A program made the translations under genes and the position numbers. Below the pieces are notes generated by a model. That model saw only the letters and a program-made list of their open reading frames with translations, had not been told where the DNA came from and made no database searches. A stretch of DNA of 64,000 bases from a bacterium (lineage in GTDB: Bacteria > UBA8248), in the NCBI GenBank assembly GCA_965213685.1, contig CBDBZY010000036.1:32001-96000 (forward strand), written 5' to 3'. Each line of letters opens with the position of its first letter. Within the stretch, counting starts at the first letter, position 1. Of the stretch, positions 29,651 to 39,364 are shown piece by piece.

Positions 29651-29686
29651 ATCGTCCGCCTCCTGTTGGGTCGCTGCAAGATTCCG

Positions 29687-30591
29687 TCATGAACGCCGCT
29701 GGTCTTTCCCCTCATACGCTTCTACCACGCGCGCGCAATCATCCTCGTTCCATCCGGCTTCCGCCGCGCGCCGAAACATGGCGAGGGCGGCTTCCGTCAC
29801 GGGCGCGTCGAGCCCTCGCTCTTTCGCGAGCGCCGCGCAAAGGCCGAGGTCCTTCACGTATATTCCCACGGAGGCGTGGGGCGTGAAATCGCGCGAGAGA
29901 ATCTTCTCTCCCTTCAACTCCAGAAGAACGCTCGCCGCCCGCTCCCGAGCGCAGGCAGGACATGATCGCGTCCAGGCGCCAGTCCCGAGCGCTCCCCCCG
30001 AGGAGCAGGCCCTTCCGCGAGGAGCGCGACGCCGGCGTTCACGATCAGGTTCGTCACCAGCTTCATGGAGCAACCCGTGCCGTGGGGGGCCGGTATAGAG
30101 GACGCTTTTCCCCCAGAGGCTCGATGATGGGGCTTGATGCGCGTAAAAACCTCTTCTTTCCCGCCCCACCATGTAGGCCAGCGTCCGCGACTCGACGTGC
30201 GGCACCGTGCCGGACACGGGGGCATCGACCATCTCCACCCCTTTTGCTTCCAGCTTCCCTCGCCAGTCCGGCGGACCATGCGGGGTTTCATCGTGCTCAT
30301 TTCCACCAGCACGAGGCCCCTCCTTGCCCGCGGAGGCGATGCCCTCAGGCCCGAGGGTGCTCGCCTCGACCTGTTCGGGGCGAAGCAACATGGTGAACAC
30401 GACGTCCGAGCGCTCGGGCGACCTCCCGCGCGTTCGCGCAAGGGACTTCCGCCCGCTTCCCGCAACTGCGCCATGCGCCTCCCGTCCACGTCGAACCCGC
30501 ATACCGCATGGCCATCGGCCAGGAGGTTCCGGCTCAGGGGAGTGCCCATCTTGCCGAGTCCGATACATCCGAGCCGCGCGCCCATCTTCAT
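29687..30591 (-). pseudogene. 3-hydroxyisobutyrate dehydrogenase-family oxidoreductase, multiply frameshifted (may be sequencing error)
   Basis: IGLGKMG, VEMST, DAPVSG, MKLVTN and KDLGL motifs are spread across three frames. Confidence 0.75.
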
Positions 30592-30746
30592 CCCGCCCTC
30601 GCGCGCGGATTGCGCGGAGCGCGCTTGATGGCGGAATCGCTTCGCGTCCCTCTCCACAAAAGCGTAGAATGCGGATTCTGGCAGCCATTGCCGAACAATT
30701 TTTTCACGCTCCCGACATCAAAAAACCATGCGCCGGAGAGGAAGCC

Positions 30747-31857
30747 ATGTCAGCCACCCCCCTTCTCGCCTTGCATCAAACGGCCCGGGCCCGCCTCGTG
30801 GAAGAAGCCGGATGGAAAATTCCCGCAACGTTTGACAATGCGGCCTCCGAGCATCTCGCCTGCAGGGCAAGCGCCATTGTGATCGACCTCTCCCATCGGG
30901 GCAAGCTCCGGTTCAGCGGCCCGGACGCGGAGGAATTCCTCCACCGCATGCTTTCCAACCGGGTCAAGGAACTCGAGGCTGGCGAGGGCGTCTACAACGC
31001 CTTCCTCACGCGACAAGGGAAATTCATATCCGACCTGTACATGTACAAGCACGCAACCTGCATCACGGCCACCGTAGCCCCGGGAGCCGCGGGCGTTCTC
31101 GCCGGGGAAATGAATAAATTCATCATTATGGACCAGGTGGAGGTCGCCGATGAGACGGAAACCTCCTTCTGCCTCGGGCTTTTCGGGCCGAATTCCCGGG
31201 AGATCATTTCCAGGGCGGGCGTGGGTGCGCCTCCGTTGGCGGAGCATGGCCACACGGCACGCGCCGGCTTGACGATAGCGCGCGAATTCTGGACGGGAGA
31301 GGATGGCTATCTGCTCACGGGGCGCTGCGGGGAGGCGGAATCTGTCTGGCAATCCCTGTTGGGTGCGGGAGCGAGACGAGGAGGCGTTGGCGCACTGGCG
31401 TCCCTCACCCTGGAGGCCGGCGTGCCCTTGTTCGGAAAGGACATGACATCAGCGGTGAATCCGATGCAGGCCGGGCTGGAGGAGAAGGCCATTGACTTTG
31501 AGAAGGGCTGCTACATGGGGCAGGAGGTCATCGCCAAGATCAAATACCTGGGCCGCGTGAACCGCGGACTCGTCGGGCTCCGGGTCGATGGCGAGGTTGT
31601 GCCCGAGAGCGGCGCGGCGGTCTCCCTCGACGGGAAGAACATCGGGACGATCACCCGGGCTGCGAACTGCCCGACCGTCGGCGGCGTCTCTGGCTTTTTC
31701 CTATCTGCCCCGTCGCCAAATGAAACCGGACACGCGCGTGCGGGTGGACTGCAAAGGCTCCTGGGCGGAAGCGACCGTCCATGCGCTACCCTTTTACCGG
31801 CGAGAAAATTTGCCCGTCGAACAAGCGACGGGCGATTCGGTGAATCCTCAGAGTTGA
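30747..31857 (+). CDS. GcvT/YgfZ-family aminomethyltransferase-like protein, frameshift near 31690
   Basis: TPL, DLSHRGKL, KGCYMGQEV; C-terminus (ATVHALPFY) continues in another frame to 31857. Confidence 0.85.
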
Positions 31858-31929
31858 CGCGGCGGACGCAGGGAAAAGCCATTTTCGGCGAGCAAGCCAT
31901 CGCTTCATGCAACATGCGCGAGCAGAGGG

Positions 31930-31951
31930 AGGGGGGCGCTCTCCCCCCTTT
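31930..31951 (+). terminator. Possible weak intrinsic terminator
   Basis: AGGGGGG-CGCTCT-CCCCCCT followed by only a short T run. Confidence 0.35.
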
Positions 31952-32214
31952 CGCCGCACCCTGGAATCGCAACCTTTTCCTTGTGAATGCGTGCGGAAAC
32001 GATGGTTCCCTCGCGCGGGTTCCGGATGCTCCGGCAAGATGTCGGCCATGGGGGCGATTCGCCATCGGGCTTTTGACTTCTTGTATGCTGCGAGGCATAT
32101 TGCGACATTCTTTGTGTGGATTTCCACGCGCCCGGAAGAATCCAAAAAAAGCGTTCCGCACGAGAGGAAGCCTTTGGTATTTGATCCACTTCAATGCCCG
32201 GGAGGAAGCGCCAC

Positions 32215-33846
32215 ATGGCACAAGCCGAGGAGGGAGGAAAGAATGCTTCCTCGCCTGCGAAAATCGGTACGGGAAAAACGTTTGGCCTGGAGAAACTGGG
32301 CCTGAAAAATATCGGGACTGTCTACCGGAATCTTCCCATCGCGACGCTCAACGAAATGGCCGTCGCGCGCGGGGAGGGATTCCTCGCCCCCAACGGCGCC
32401 CTCGTGGTGCATACGGGCAAATTCTCGGGGCGCTCCCCGAAGGACAAATTCACGGTAGATCAAAGCCCCTCCAACGGGAAAATATGGTGGGGCCCCATTA
32501 ACCAGAAAATATCAACCGACAACTGGAACAGCATTCTCCAGAAGATGGCCAGCTACGCCCAGAAGCGCGATCTTTTCATATTTGACGGCTTTGTGGGGAA
32601 TGACCCGCGATACAAGCTGCCCGTGCGAATCATCTCGGAGCTGGCGTGGCATTCCATGTTTTGCCAGACCCTGCTCGTCCGCCCCAAACCCGGGGAGATC
32701 GAACGGCACAAAAACCCCTTCACGGTGATCGACCTGGGCAGATTCCTGGGGTCGGGCCCGTCCGAGGGGCTTCGGCAGGAGAACTTCACGCTGGTGAATT
32801 TCGAAAAAAACATGGCGCTCATCGGCGGCTCGGAATACGCCGGCGAGATGAAGAAATCCGCCTTTTTCATCATGAATTACCTCCTCCCGCAAAAAGGCGT
32901 CTTTCCGATGCACTGCTCGGCGAACATGGGCGAGGACGGGGATACGGCCCTTTTCTTCGGCCTCTCCGGCACGGGCAAAACCACGCTCTCCGCCGATCAG
33001 AACCGAAAGCTCATAGGCGACGACGAGCATGGCTGGACGGATTCGGGCATCTTTAATTTTGAGGGCGGCTGCTATGCGAAAACCATCCAGCTGACCAAGG
33101 AGAAGGAACCGCAGATTTGGGATGCGATTCGGTTTGGCTCCGTTCTGGAAAATGTCGTTGTTGACCCGCATACGCGAGAGATTGACTACGACGACATGTC
33201 GATAACGGAGAACACGCGCGCCACCTACCCCACGCATCATATCGAGAATTGCGTGCTCTCCGGGATGGGGAATCACCCGAAAAACATATTCTTTCTCACT
33301 TGCGACGCATTCGGCGTCCTGCCCCCCATCAGCAAGCTCACGCCCGAGCAGGCCGCCTACCATTTCCTCTCCGGCTACACGGCCAAGGTCGCCGGCACGG
33401 AAGCCGGAGTCGATGCGCCGAGGGCCACCTTCAGCAGCTGCTTCGGCGCCCCCTTTCTTGCGCTGCATCCCGGCGCTTACGGCGAAATGTTGCGGGAGAA
33501 GCTCAAAAAGCATGACGCGCAAGTCTGGCTGGTCAATACGGGATGGATTGGCGGTGCCGCCGGCGAAGTCGGCAGGATGCCGCTGGCGGATACGCGCGCG
33601 CTCCTGACGGCCGCCATGACGGGGCGGCTGGCGCAGGTCCCCACCCAGGGAACACCCATATTCGACCTGCATGTCCCGGCAGCCTGTCCCGGGGTGTCTC
33701 CGGAATTGATGGTTCCCAAAAACCTTTGGAGAAGCCCGGAAAGGTATGACCAGAAAATGCGTGAACTGGCGGGTGCGTTCCGTGAGAATTTTAAACAATT
33801 CGCGTCTCGCGTGCCGCCAGAAGTGGAAGCGGGCGGTCCCAAATAG
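32215..33846 (+). CDS. pckA: Phosphoenolpyruvate carboxykinase (ATP)
   Basis: GRSPKDKF, YAGEMKK, MHCSAN, GLSGTGKTTLS, IGDDEHGW, NFEGGCYAK, TENTR. Confidence 0.97.
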   Translation: MAQAEEGGKNASSPAKIGTGKTFGLEKLGLKNIGTVYRNLPIATLNEMAVARGEGFLAPNGALVVHTGKFSGRSPKDKFTVDQSPSNGKIWWGPINQKISTDNWNSILQKMASYAQKRDLFIFDGFVGNDPRYKLPVRIISELAWHSMFCQTLLVRPKPGEIERHKNPFTVIDLGRFLGSGPSEGLRQENFTLVNFEKNMALIGGSEYAGEMKKSAFFIMNYLLPQKGVFPMHCSANMGEDGDTALFFGLSGTGKTTLSADQNRKLIGDDEHGWTDSGIFNFEGGCYAKTIQLTKEKEPQIWDAIRFGSVLENVVVDPHTREIDYDDMSITENTRATYPTHHIENCVLSGMGNHPKNIFFLTCDAFGVLPPISKLTPEQAAYHFLSGYTAKVAGTEAGVDAPRATFSSCFGAPFLALHPGAYGEMLREKLKKHDAQVWLVNTGWIGGAAGEVGRMPLADTRALLTAAMTGRLAQVPTQGTPIFDLHVPAACPGVSPELMVPKNLWRSPERYDQKMRELAGAFRENFKQFASRVPPEVEAGGPK

Positions 33847-33900
33847 GGGAAATTTCTCCCCGTCCGCCCAGACAACCTTTAAAAGAGGGAGGGTGCTCCA

Positions 33901-34086
33901 GTGCCGGTCGTTCAGGTAAGCCTGTTGGCAGGAAGGTCCAAAGAGCAGAAAAGCGCGATGGCGGACGAGATTACAGACGTGGTGCACAGGCATTCGGGCG
34001 CGCCGAAGGAAGTCGTCATCGTCATATTCAACGATATCGCAACGGACTCATGGGCGGCTGGCGGAACCCTCTACGCGGACAAGTAA
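33901..34086 (+). CDS. 4-oxalocrotonate tautomerase family protein
   Basis: Pro1 after the initiator, GRSKEQK, WAAGG; 61 aa. Confidence 0.9.
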   Translation: MPVVQVSLLAGRSKEQKSAMADEITDVVHRHSGAPKEVVIVIFNDIATDSWAAGGTLYADK

Positions 34087-34114
34087 TTTTCCATATCATG
34101 GAAGGAGGAGCGAG

Positions 34115-34972
34115 ATGAGCGCCGAGAATTTCAGGCTGGCTCTTGTGCAACCGATGGGACATCCTCCGCCCGACGATGAAAAAAACGTGCCCGACGCCAT
34201 CCGGTACGTGGAGGACGCCGCCGCGCAGGGGGCTGATTTTGTCGCCTTCCCCGAATCCTATCCGGGACCCTGGCGCATGCCCGCCACATACGATCCGTCC
34301 GCCGTGATAGAAGAAGCCGCCAGGCGCTGCGGCATATATGTCCAGTATGGCACGCTGGAGCCTCTGGACGATGAAAAGAAGACGGCCCACAACCTGCTGA
34401 ACCTCGCCAGACCCACGGGCGGCCCTTCCGGTCGCTATCGCAGAACCCATCCCCCCGGCCCCTGGATTTACACGGGCGGCGGTCTTTGGGAGTTTCAGTA
34501 TGTCGCCGGCGATAGCTACCCTGTTTTCGAGACCCAATACGGGCAAGTGGGCATGGCGATGTGCAGCGAGGTCTACATGCCCGAAGTGACCCGCGCCCTC
34601 TCGCTTCGAGGAGCCGAGATCATCTTCCTGCCCGCCGGCGTGGACAAGAAGAAGCTGTGGGGCACCTGGCGGAACCTGATTTGGTCGCGCGCCATAGAAA
34701 ACCTGGCGATTGTGATAACCACGCAAAACCTTTTCGACAAGAACCAGCGCGGCCTGGCGATGGTGGCCACGCCGGAGGAAATTGTATTTGAAAGCACGAA
34801 GGCCGGCATGTTTATCGTCGATGTGGATTTGGAGAGAATCCGCCAGCTCCGCGCGCAAAGAGACGAGGTGGGCTCATCCGGAGAAAATGGAGCGAAGGCC
34901 GGCGTGTTGAGCCAATGGCAAAGACCGGAGTTGTATGACAAGTTTTTCCCGAAAGAAGGCGCGCCCGGTTAG
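34115..34972 (+). CDS. Carbon-nitrogen hydrolase (nitrilase superfamily)
   Basis: VAFPE, YRRTH, AMCSE, RAIEN. Confidence 0.88.
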   Translation: MSAENFRLALVQPMGHPPPDDEKNVPDAIRYVEDAAAQGADFVAFPESYPGPWRMPATYDPSAVIEEAARRCGIYVQYGTLEPLDDEKKTAHNLLNLARPTGGPSGRYRRTHPPGPWIYTGGGLWEFQYVAGDSYPVFETQYGQVGMAMCSEVYMPEVTRALSLRGAEIIFLPAGVDKKKLWGTWRNLIWSRAIENLAIVITTQNLFDKNQRGLAMVATPEEIVFESTKAGMFIVDVDLERIRQLRAQRDEVGSSGENGAKAGVLSQWQRPELYDKFFPKEGAPG

Positions 34973-35043
34973 GGCCGCAACGCATCCCCGGGAGAGTGCG
35001 CCGGGAATATGTTGCGAAAAGGCATCCCTCACCAGAAGATAAG

Positions 35044-35547
35044 ATGACGAAGAGTTATTTCTGGCTCCTGTACGCGCATATCCTGGCGGCCTGTCTCTAC
35101 CAGGGCGCGCTCGTTTTCTTTGGGCTTCTCATGGTCCACCTCCGGCGCAGGCTTTCCCCGGATGAGTTCGCGGGAGAGGTCGTCTCCATACTGCGCTTTT
35201 ACCACCCCTTCATCCTGATATGCATGGGCCTCCTCATCATGACGGGCGCCTGGTATCTGACGGGCCTCAAAATGGCGATGGGGCCGTCTTTCGGAAAACT
35301 CTTCGTCCCTCTCGGACTCAAACTGCTGACGGTTTTCTTGATGATGATGGGCATCAGCTTTCAGTTTTTCGCCGTTGGCCTCAGGCTCACCCGCGGAACG
35401 GGTCCCGCCGGGAACGGACGTCCCCCTGGAGCGGCGACCGAGGAGCGCATCCAGCTGCTGAAAACGCTTGAGCGCACGAACATGGCGAACGCCATACTCG
35501 CGCTGTTCGCCATATTCTTCGGCCTGGCGCTCAACAAGGGTTTTTAG
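35044..35547 (+). CDS. Four-TM membrane protein (CopD/DUF4149-like)
   Basis: Four hydrophobic helices with HIL, TG and KL patterns. Confidence 0.6.
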   Translation: MTKSYFWLLYAHILAACLYQGALVFFGLLMVHLRRRLSPDEFAGEVVSILRFYHPFILICMGLLIMTGAWYLTGLKMAMGPSFGKLFVPLGLKLLTVFLMMMGISFQFFAVGLRLTRGTGPAGNGRPPGAATEERIQLLKTLERTNMANAILALFAIFFGLALNKGF

Positions 35548-35613
35548 TTTGGTTTATCAGCCGCCCGCCCGGGCTTCCGCATCGTCCGGCGCACTTTCAC
35601 ACCTTCCGATTCA

Positions 35614-36462
35614 TCAGGCGGAGTGCGGCACCGGCGCCGCGCATCGGAATCCGATGTATCCATGACCTGACGCTTGCCGCCCCGGAAGGACAACTTCGCG
35701 GTTCGTGGCCGTCATTCCGTCGGGCGCGCTCGCCGAATGGCCTCCCCGCACCACGCGCGCCCCCGTCGCGCCGATATTCTCGCGCCCGTCTCCGGGCTGA
35801 TAGGGATATTTCATGGCCAGCGAGGCCGTCCACTCCCAAACCTGTCCCGCCATATCGTTCACGCCGAAGGGACTGGCGCCTTCCGGGTAGCGCCCAACGG
35901 CCGTCGTGTCCCCCCGATAACCGCCCAAATAGAGGTATGCCCGCGACGGCTTTCGGTTTCCCCAGGGGAACAGGCGCCCGTCGTCTCCGCGAGCCGCTTT
36001 TTCCCATTGCGCTTCGGTGGGAAGATGTTTCCTCTTCCATCGGCAGTAGGCCACGGCCCCGCTCCAGGCCATCTCGGTGGCGGGATGGTCTTCAAAACCT
36101 TTCTCGACGATCCAGGTTTTGTCTTTTTGGAGGATTTTCGCGTCCGGGTCGTGCAGGTCCAAATACATCTCGCCCTGCGGGCCTACGGGACCTTTCTTCT
36201 GAATAAAGGCGAGGTAATCCGCCCAGGTCACCAGGTTGCGATCCATATAATAGGCGGGGAGCGTCACGCGGTGCGCGGGACTCTCCTCCAAAGGCCCGTC
36301 ATCGCGCCCCATCGCAAACGGGCCCGCCGGAACGAGAACCATGCCCGCGTACCTGCCCCCTCCCCCCTGGGGGGATGGCGCCGAAAGTCCGGCTTCACCG
36401 CCAGCGAAAAACAGCAGGAGGGCAAACAGGAGCGGGATGCGCCAACGATTGTTCCCCGGCAT
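35614..36462 (-). CDS. Exported FGE-sulfatase (SUMF1) fold protein
   Basis: Signal peptide, GPFAMG, LPTEAQWEKAARG, MAGQVWEW, RGG, IGFRC. Confidence 0.88.
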   Translation of the reverse strand: MPGNNRWRIPLLFALLLFFAGGEAGLSAPSPQGGGGRYAGMVLVPAGPFAMGRDDGPLEESPAHRVTLPAYYMDRNLVTWADYLAFIQKKGPVGPQGEMYLDLHDPDAKILQKDKTWIVEKGFEDHPATEMAWSGAVAYCRWKRKHLPTEAQWEKAARGDDGRLFPWGNRKPSRAYLYLGGYRGDTTAVGRYPEGASPFGVNDMAGQVWEWTASLAMKYPYQPGDGRENIGATGARVVRGGHSASAPDGMTATNREVVLPGRQASGHGYIGFRCAAPVPHSA

Positions 36463-36503
36463 CTTTCTCCTCACGCGGCGGGCTCCTTCAGGGCATCCGT
36501 ATT

Positions 36504-37232
36504 TCAGGCGACAGGCTCGTTCGGGGGCGGCCAAATCCGGCTTCCCACCAAGGGAGAACCCGGAGGATGCAGCAAATAGCCGTGCACGCGCCTCGTCCAC
36601 TCCGTCTCTTCCAGGGATATGTAGTTGGCCTCCCGCGCCGCAAGAGAGGTGAATTCATACAGGACAGAATGCTTGGGCGCGCCCGTGGCTATCAAATACT
36701 TTCTTGCGCCAACGCAGCCGGAAGTTCTCGAGACCCCCTCCATGCGCTCCTGGGCGTACCACGCTTCCAGGTCCTCGTCGTTGCCCTGCGACTCATACCG
36801 ACCCATCTGTATCGCAGGCGCCATGACGTTCGGGTGCTCCCTCTTGTCCGCATCCGGGCCCTCCACCCTCCATTCCTCGCAAAGGATCAGCCCCTTCGCC
36901 CGCATGCGCATCCCCGCCATCTTCCGGGACTCCGGGCTCTGGCGCTCCCTGAGCTGGGCCGGGCTGGGGTCGTAGAACGTTCTGGTGGATTCTCCGCCGA
37001 ACAACGCGATGAATCCTGTTCCGGACGCCAAATCCGGATCGGCGGTGCGGCACAGCCGCGCGGCTATCTCTTCAAACCTGCTCCCCGGGTGCCTCGTTTC
37101 ATAATGCGCCGCCCAGAGGTAGCCCGGCCGGGACAGCTTTTCCGGAATGTGCGCCTCGTGAAACCAGTCCATGTATTCGTCCCGGCCCTCATGCGGCAGG
37201 TCGTAGAAAATCGCCCATACAGCCCTGTCCAT
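36504..37232 (-). CDS. Hypothetical protein with tandem dimeric alpha-beta barrel (EthD/DUF4286-like) domains
   Basis: Two repeats: EYMDWFHEAHIPEKLSRPGY and DLEAWYAQERMEGVSRTSGC. Confidence 0.65.
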   Translation of the reverse strand: MDRAVWAIFYDLPHEGRDEYMDWFHEAHIPEKLSRPGYLWAAHYETRHPGSRFEEIAARLCRTADPDLASGTGFIALFGGESTRTFYDPSPAQLRERQSPESRKMAGMRMRAKGLILCEEWRVEGPDADKREHPNVMAPAIQMGRYESQGNDEDLEAWYAQERMEGVSRTSGCVGARKYLIATGAPKHSVLYEFTSLAAREANYISLEETEWTRRVHGYLLHPPGSPLVGSRIWPPPNEPVA

Positions 37233-37446
37233 ATTCCGCCCCCATCTTCTTGCGTATCCCGACCCGAATGCGGAAACCCCCGTTTCCCGGTTGCATTGTA
37301 GTATAGACGATGCGGGAGGAGTATGTATTTATCATATGGCATGGTTTGCGCTTTGCTGATTTGGGGATTGGGCGGCGATGTTCGAGCCTGCATTTCGTTT
37401 CGCCGCGCATTCTCCGATCCGCATCCTTCCAACCTGGAGCCGGCTC

Positions 37447-38076
37447 ATGATGTATGAAATCCGCACCTACACGTTCACGGCGGGAGACGCTCCCGAAGCG
37501 GTTCGGGACTTTGGCGAAATTATCGAAAAGAGAGCCGAAATATCTCCCCTCATCGGTTTTTTTCGATCCGCCATCGGGCGGCTGAACAGAATCCTCCACA
37601 TATGGGAATACGAGAACTCCGCCCATCGGGAACAGGCGCGCGCGGAGGCTCTCGGACAGCCGTGGTGGCCTCCCCTGCGGGTGGACAAAATCGTTCACCA
37701 GCAAACGCGGCTGATGCGCCCGGCTCCTTTCCGCCCGAAGCCGCGCGGCGGAAAACTCGGAAGCGTGTACGAAATCCGCAGCGACGTCGTATTCACCGGC
37801 AAGATGGATGCGCTCTGCGAGGCGTGGGAGAGGAATTTGCCCGAAAGAGAGCGCCTCTCGCCCCTGGCGGCCGCTTTTTCCAACCAGGCGGGAGCGTTCG
37901 AGTCCGGCATTCTGAATGAGTTTTTGCACATCTGGCCGTATCGGGACATGAACCACTGGATGGAGGTACAGGGGAATGCGGAGAACCTCCCCGGCTGGGC
38001 GAACGACGCCAGACGTTGCCTGAGAAGCGAGGCTTCGGAAATCTGGTGTCCTGTGGAGTATTCGCCCATGCGCTAG
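37447..38076 (+). CDS. Tandem NIPSNAP family protein
   Basis: Two YEIR...LN...HIW.Y repeats; YSPMR end. Confidence 0.88.
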   Translation: MMYEIRTYTFTAGDAPEAVRDFGEIIEKRAEISPLIGFFRSAIGRLNRILHIWEYENSAHREQARAEALGQPWWPPLRVDKIVHQQTRLMRPAPFRPKPRGGKLGSVYEIRSDVVFTGKMDALCEAWERNLPERERLSPLAAAFSNQAGAFESGILNEFLHIWPYRDMNHWMEVQGNAENLPGWANDARRCLRSEASEIWCPVEYSPMR

Positions 38077-38129
38077 CGCGCCGCGCTGAAATGCGTTGCG
38101 GAGAATCCCCGGCTGGAAGTTTCAGGGCA

Positions 38130-38204
38130 TGGAGCGGGAAACGGGATTTGAACCCGCGACCCCAACGTTGGCAACGTTGTGCTCTACCACTGAGCTATTC
38201 CCGC
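38130..38204 (-). tRNA. tRNA-Gly (GCC)
   Basis: GCGGGAATAGCTCAGTGGTAGAGCACAACGTTGCCAACGTTGGGGTCGCGGGTTCAAATCCCGTTTCCCGCTCCA folds as a cloverleaf with anticodon GCC and encoded CCA. Confidence 0.97.
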
Positions 38205-38236
38205 CCGCAACGATTCCAAGGATCGCCCAACTGCAA

Positions 38237-39364
38237 TCAGTAGTCAAGAGGCTGCGAGGCATTCCTGCCGCTTTTCCCGGCGGGCACCCCCAGCCTGTTC
38301 GCGAGCCAGTCGGCCGCGAGCGGCCGCCACAGGAAGGGGACGTTGTTGCATACGTGAACGCCTTCCGGATAAACGACGAGTTCCGATTGTCCGCCCGCCT
38401 CCCCTGCGATTTTGTGGGCCTGCTCCACGGGACACAGTCTGTCCCGTGCCCCGTGAATGATCAGCAAGGGTCGGTCCAGGTCGTGGAGAAATCCGCGCAG
38501 GGAGACCTCTTTTGCCTTGCTGGCGCCTTCCTCCTCGCTTTTCGCCTGAAGGGAAACGCACACGCCCTGGCGGGTCAAGGCCGGCAGGCCATCCCATATC
38601 TCTCCCAGATCATACGGTCCGCACACGCCGACCCCCGCCTTGAGGCGAGGCTCCGCAGCAAGGCTGCGCGGTGCGTAATACCCGCCCAGACTCACGCCGA
38701 GGACGCCGATGCGAGACGAATCCACCCGGGCGTCATCCGCCAAAAAATCGACGACTACGGAAACCACACGCTCAAAATCGGGACGCAGCAGGAGGTCGGC
38801 GTTTTCCCCCTGGGCCGGGCCATCGAAGGCGAAGGTCGCCATCCCCCGCCTGTGAAAAACTTCCTCGAGCGTATAAAACTCCTCCTTGGTGGAGTCGAGA
38901 CCCGAGACGAGGATGACGCATGGCGCGCCCGCCTCCCGCCGCACCCGATCGGGCATGCGCAAAATGCCCGGCAAAATTCTTTCGGCGGCATACGGGATTT
39001 CAATGCGCTCGCCTGGCGGGTCCAGGTGCGGCAGCGCGCGAAGGTGGGCCGCTACCTTTTTCTTTTGGGCCTCCGCCTTGAGGTGCGGGTCTTCATGGTA
39101 GACGAACTGGGCGAAGTGATAGGCGAGAGAGGCCCTCACGTAGGCCTCCGCCGCGCTGAGTCTCCTGCCCTCCTCCTCCATCTTCCGGGCTTCCCGTTCA
39201 CGGAGGGCGGCGCGCTCCGTCCAGAGTCGGCACCATTCACGCCAGGAGCGCACCCGGGGAATGACGTCCGAGGCGTCCGCATATGAAACCCCATTCGCCA
39301 GCAGACGAACGTACCAGTGCGCCAGCGCCTCTCGGGTCAGGGAGTCAGCGGACGGCTCGCTCAA
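38237..39364 (-). CDS. Alpha/beta hydrolase (FrsA/2,6-dihydropseudooxynicotine hydrolase-like)
   Basis: GLDSTKEE, FDGPAQGE, GVSLGGYYAPR nucleophile elbow, HGARD, GVHVCNN. Confidence 0.9.
   Translation of the reverse strand: MSEPSADSLTREALAHWYVRLLANGVSYADASDVIPRVRSWREWCRLWTERAALREREARKMEEEGRRLSAAEAYVRASLAYHFAQFVYHEDPHLKAEAQKKKVAAHLRALPHLDPPGERIEIPYAAERILPGILRMPDRVRREAGAPCVILVSGLDSTKEEFYTLEEVFHRRGMATFAFDGPAQGENADLLLRPDFERVVSVVVDFLADDARVDSSRIGVLGVSLGGYYAPRSLAAEPRLKAGVGVCGPYDLGEIWDGLPALTRQGVCVSLQAKSEEEGASKAKEVSLRGFLHDLDRPLLIIHGARDRLCPVEQAHKIAGEAGGQSELVVYPEGVHVCNNVPFLWRPLAADWLANRLGVPAGKSGRNASQPLDY

Noticed and set aside
30207-32501. 764-aa ORF as a single large protein
   Set aside because: It is the GcvT-like gene plus non-coding extensions caused by a frameshift near 31690
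37323-37457. 44-codon ORF (MYLSYGMV...) upstream of the NIPSNAP gene
   Set aside because: The SD-like sequence is only 2 nt from the ATG and there are no recognisable features
38076-38240. tRNA-Gly as an integration site
   Set aside because: No integrase next to it, and I saw no duplicated tRNA 3' end in the window
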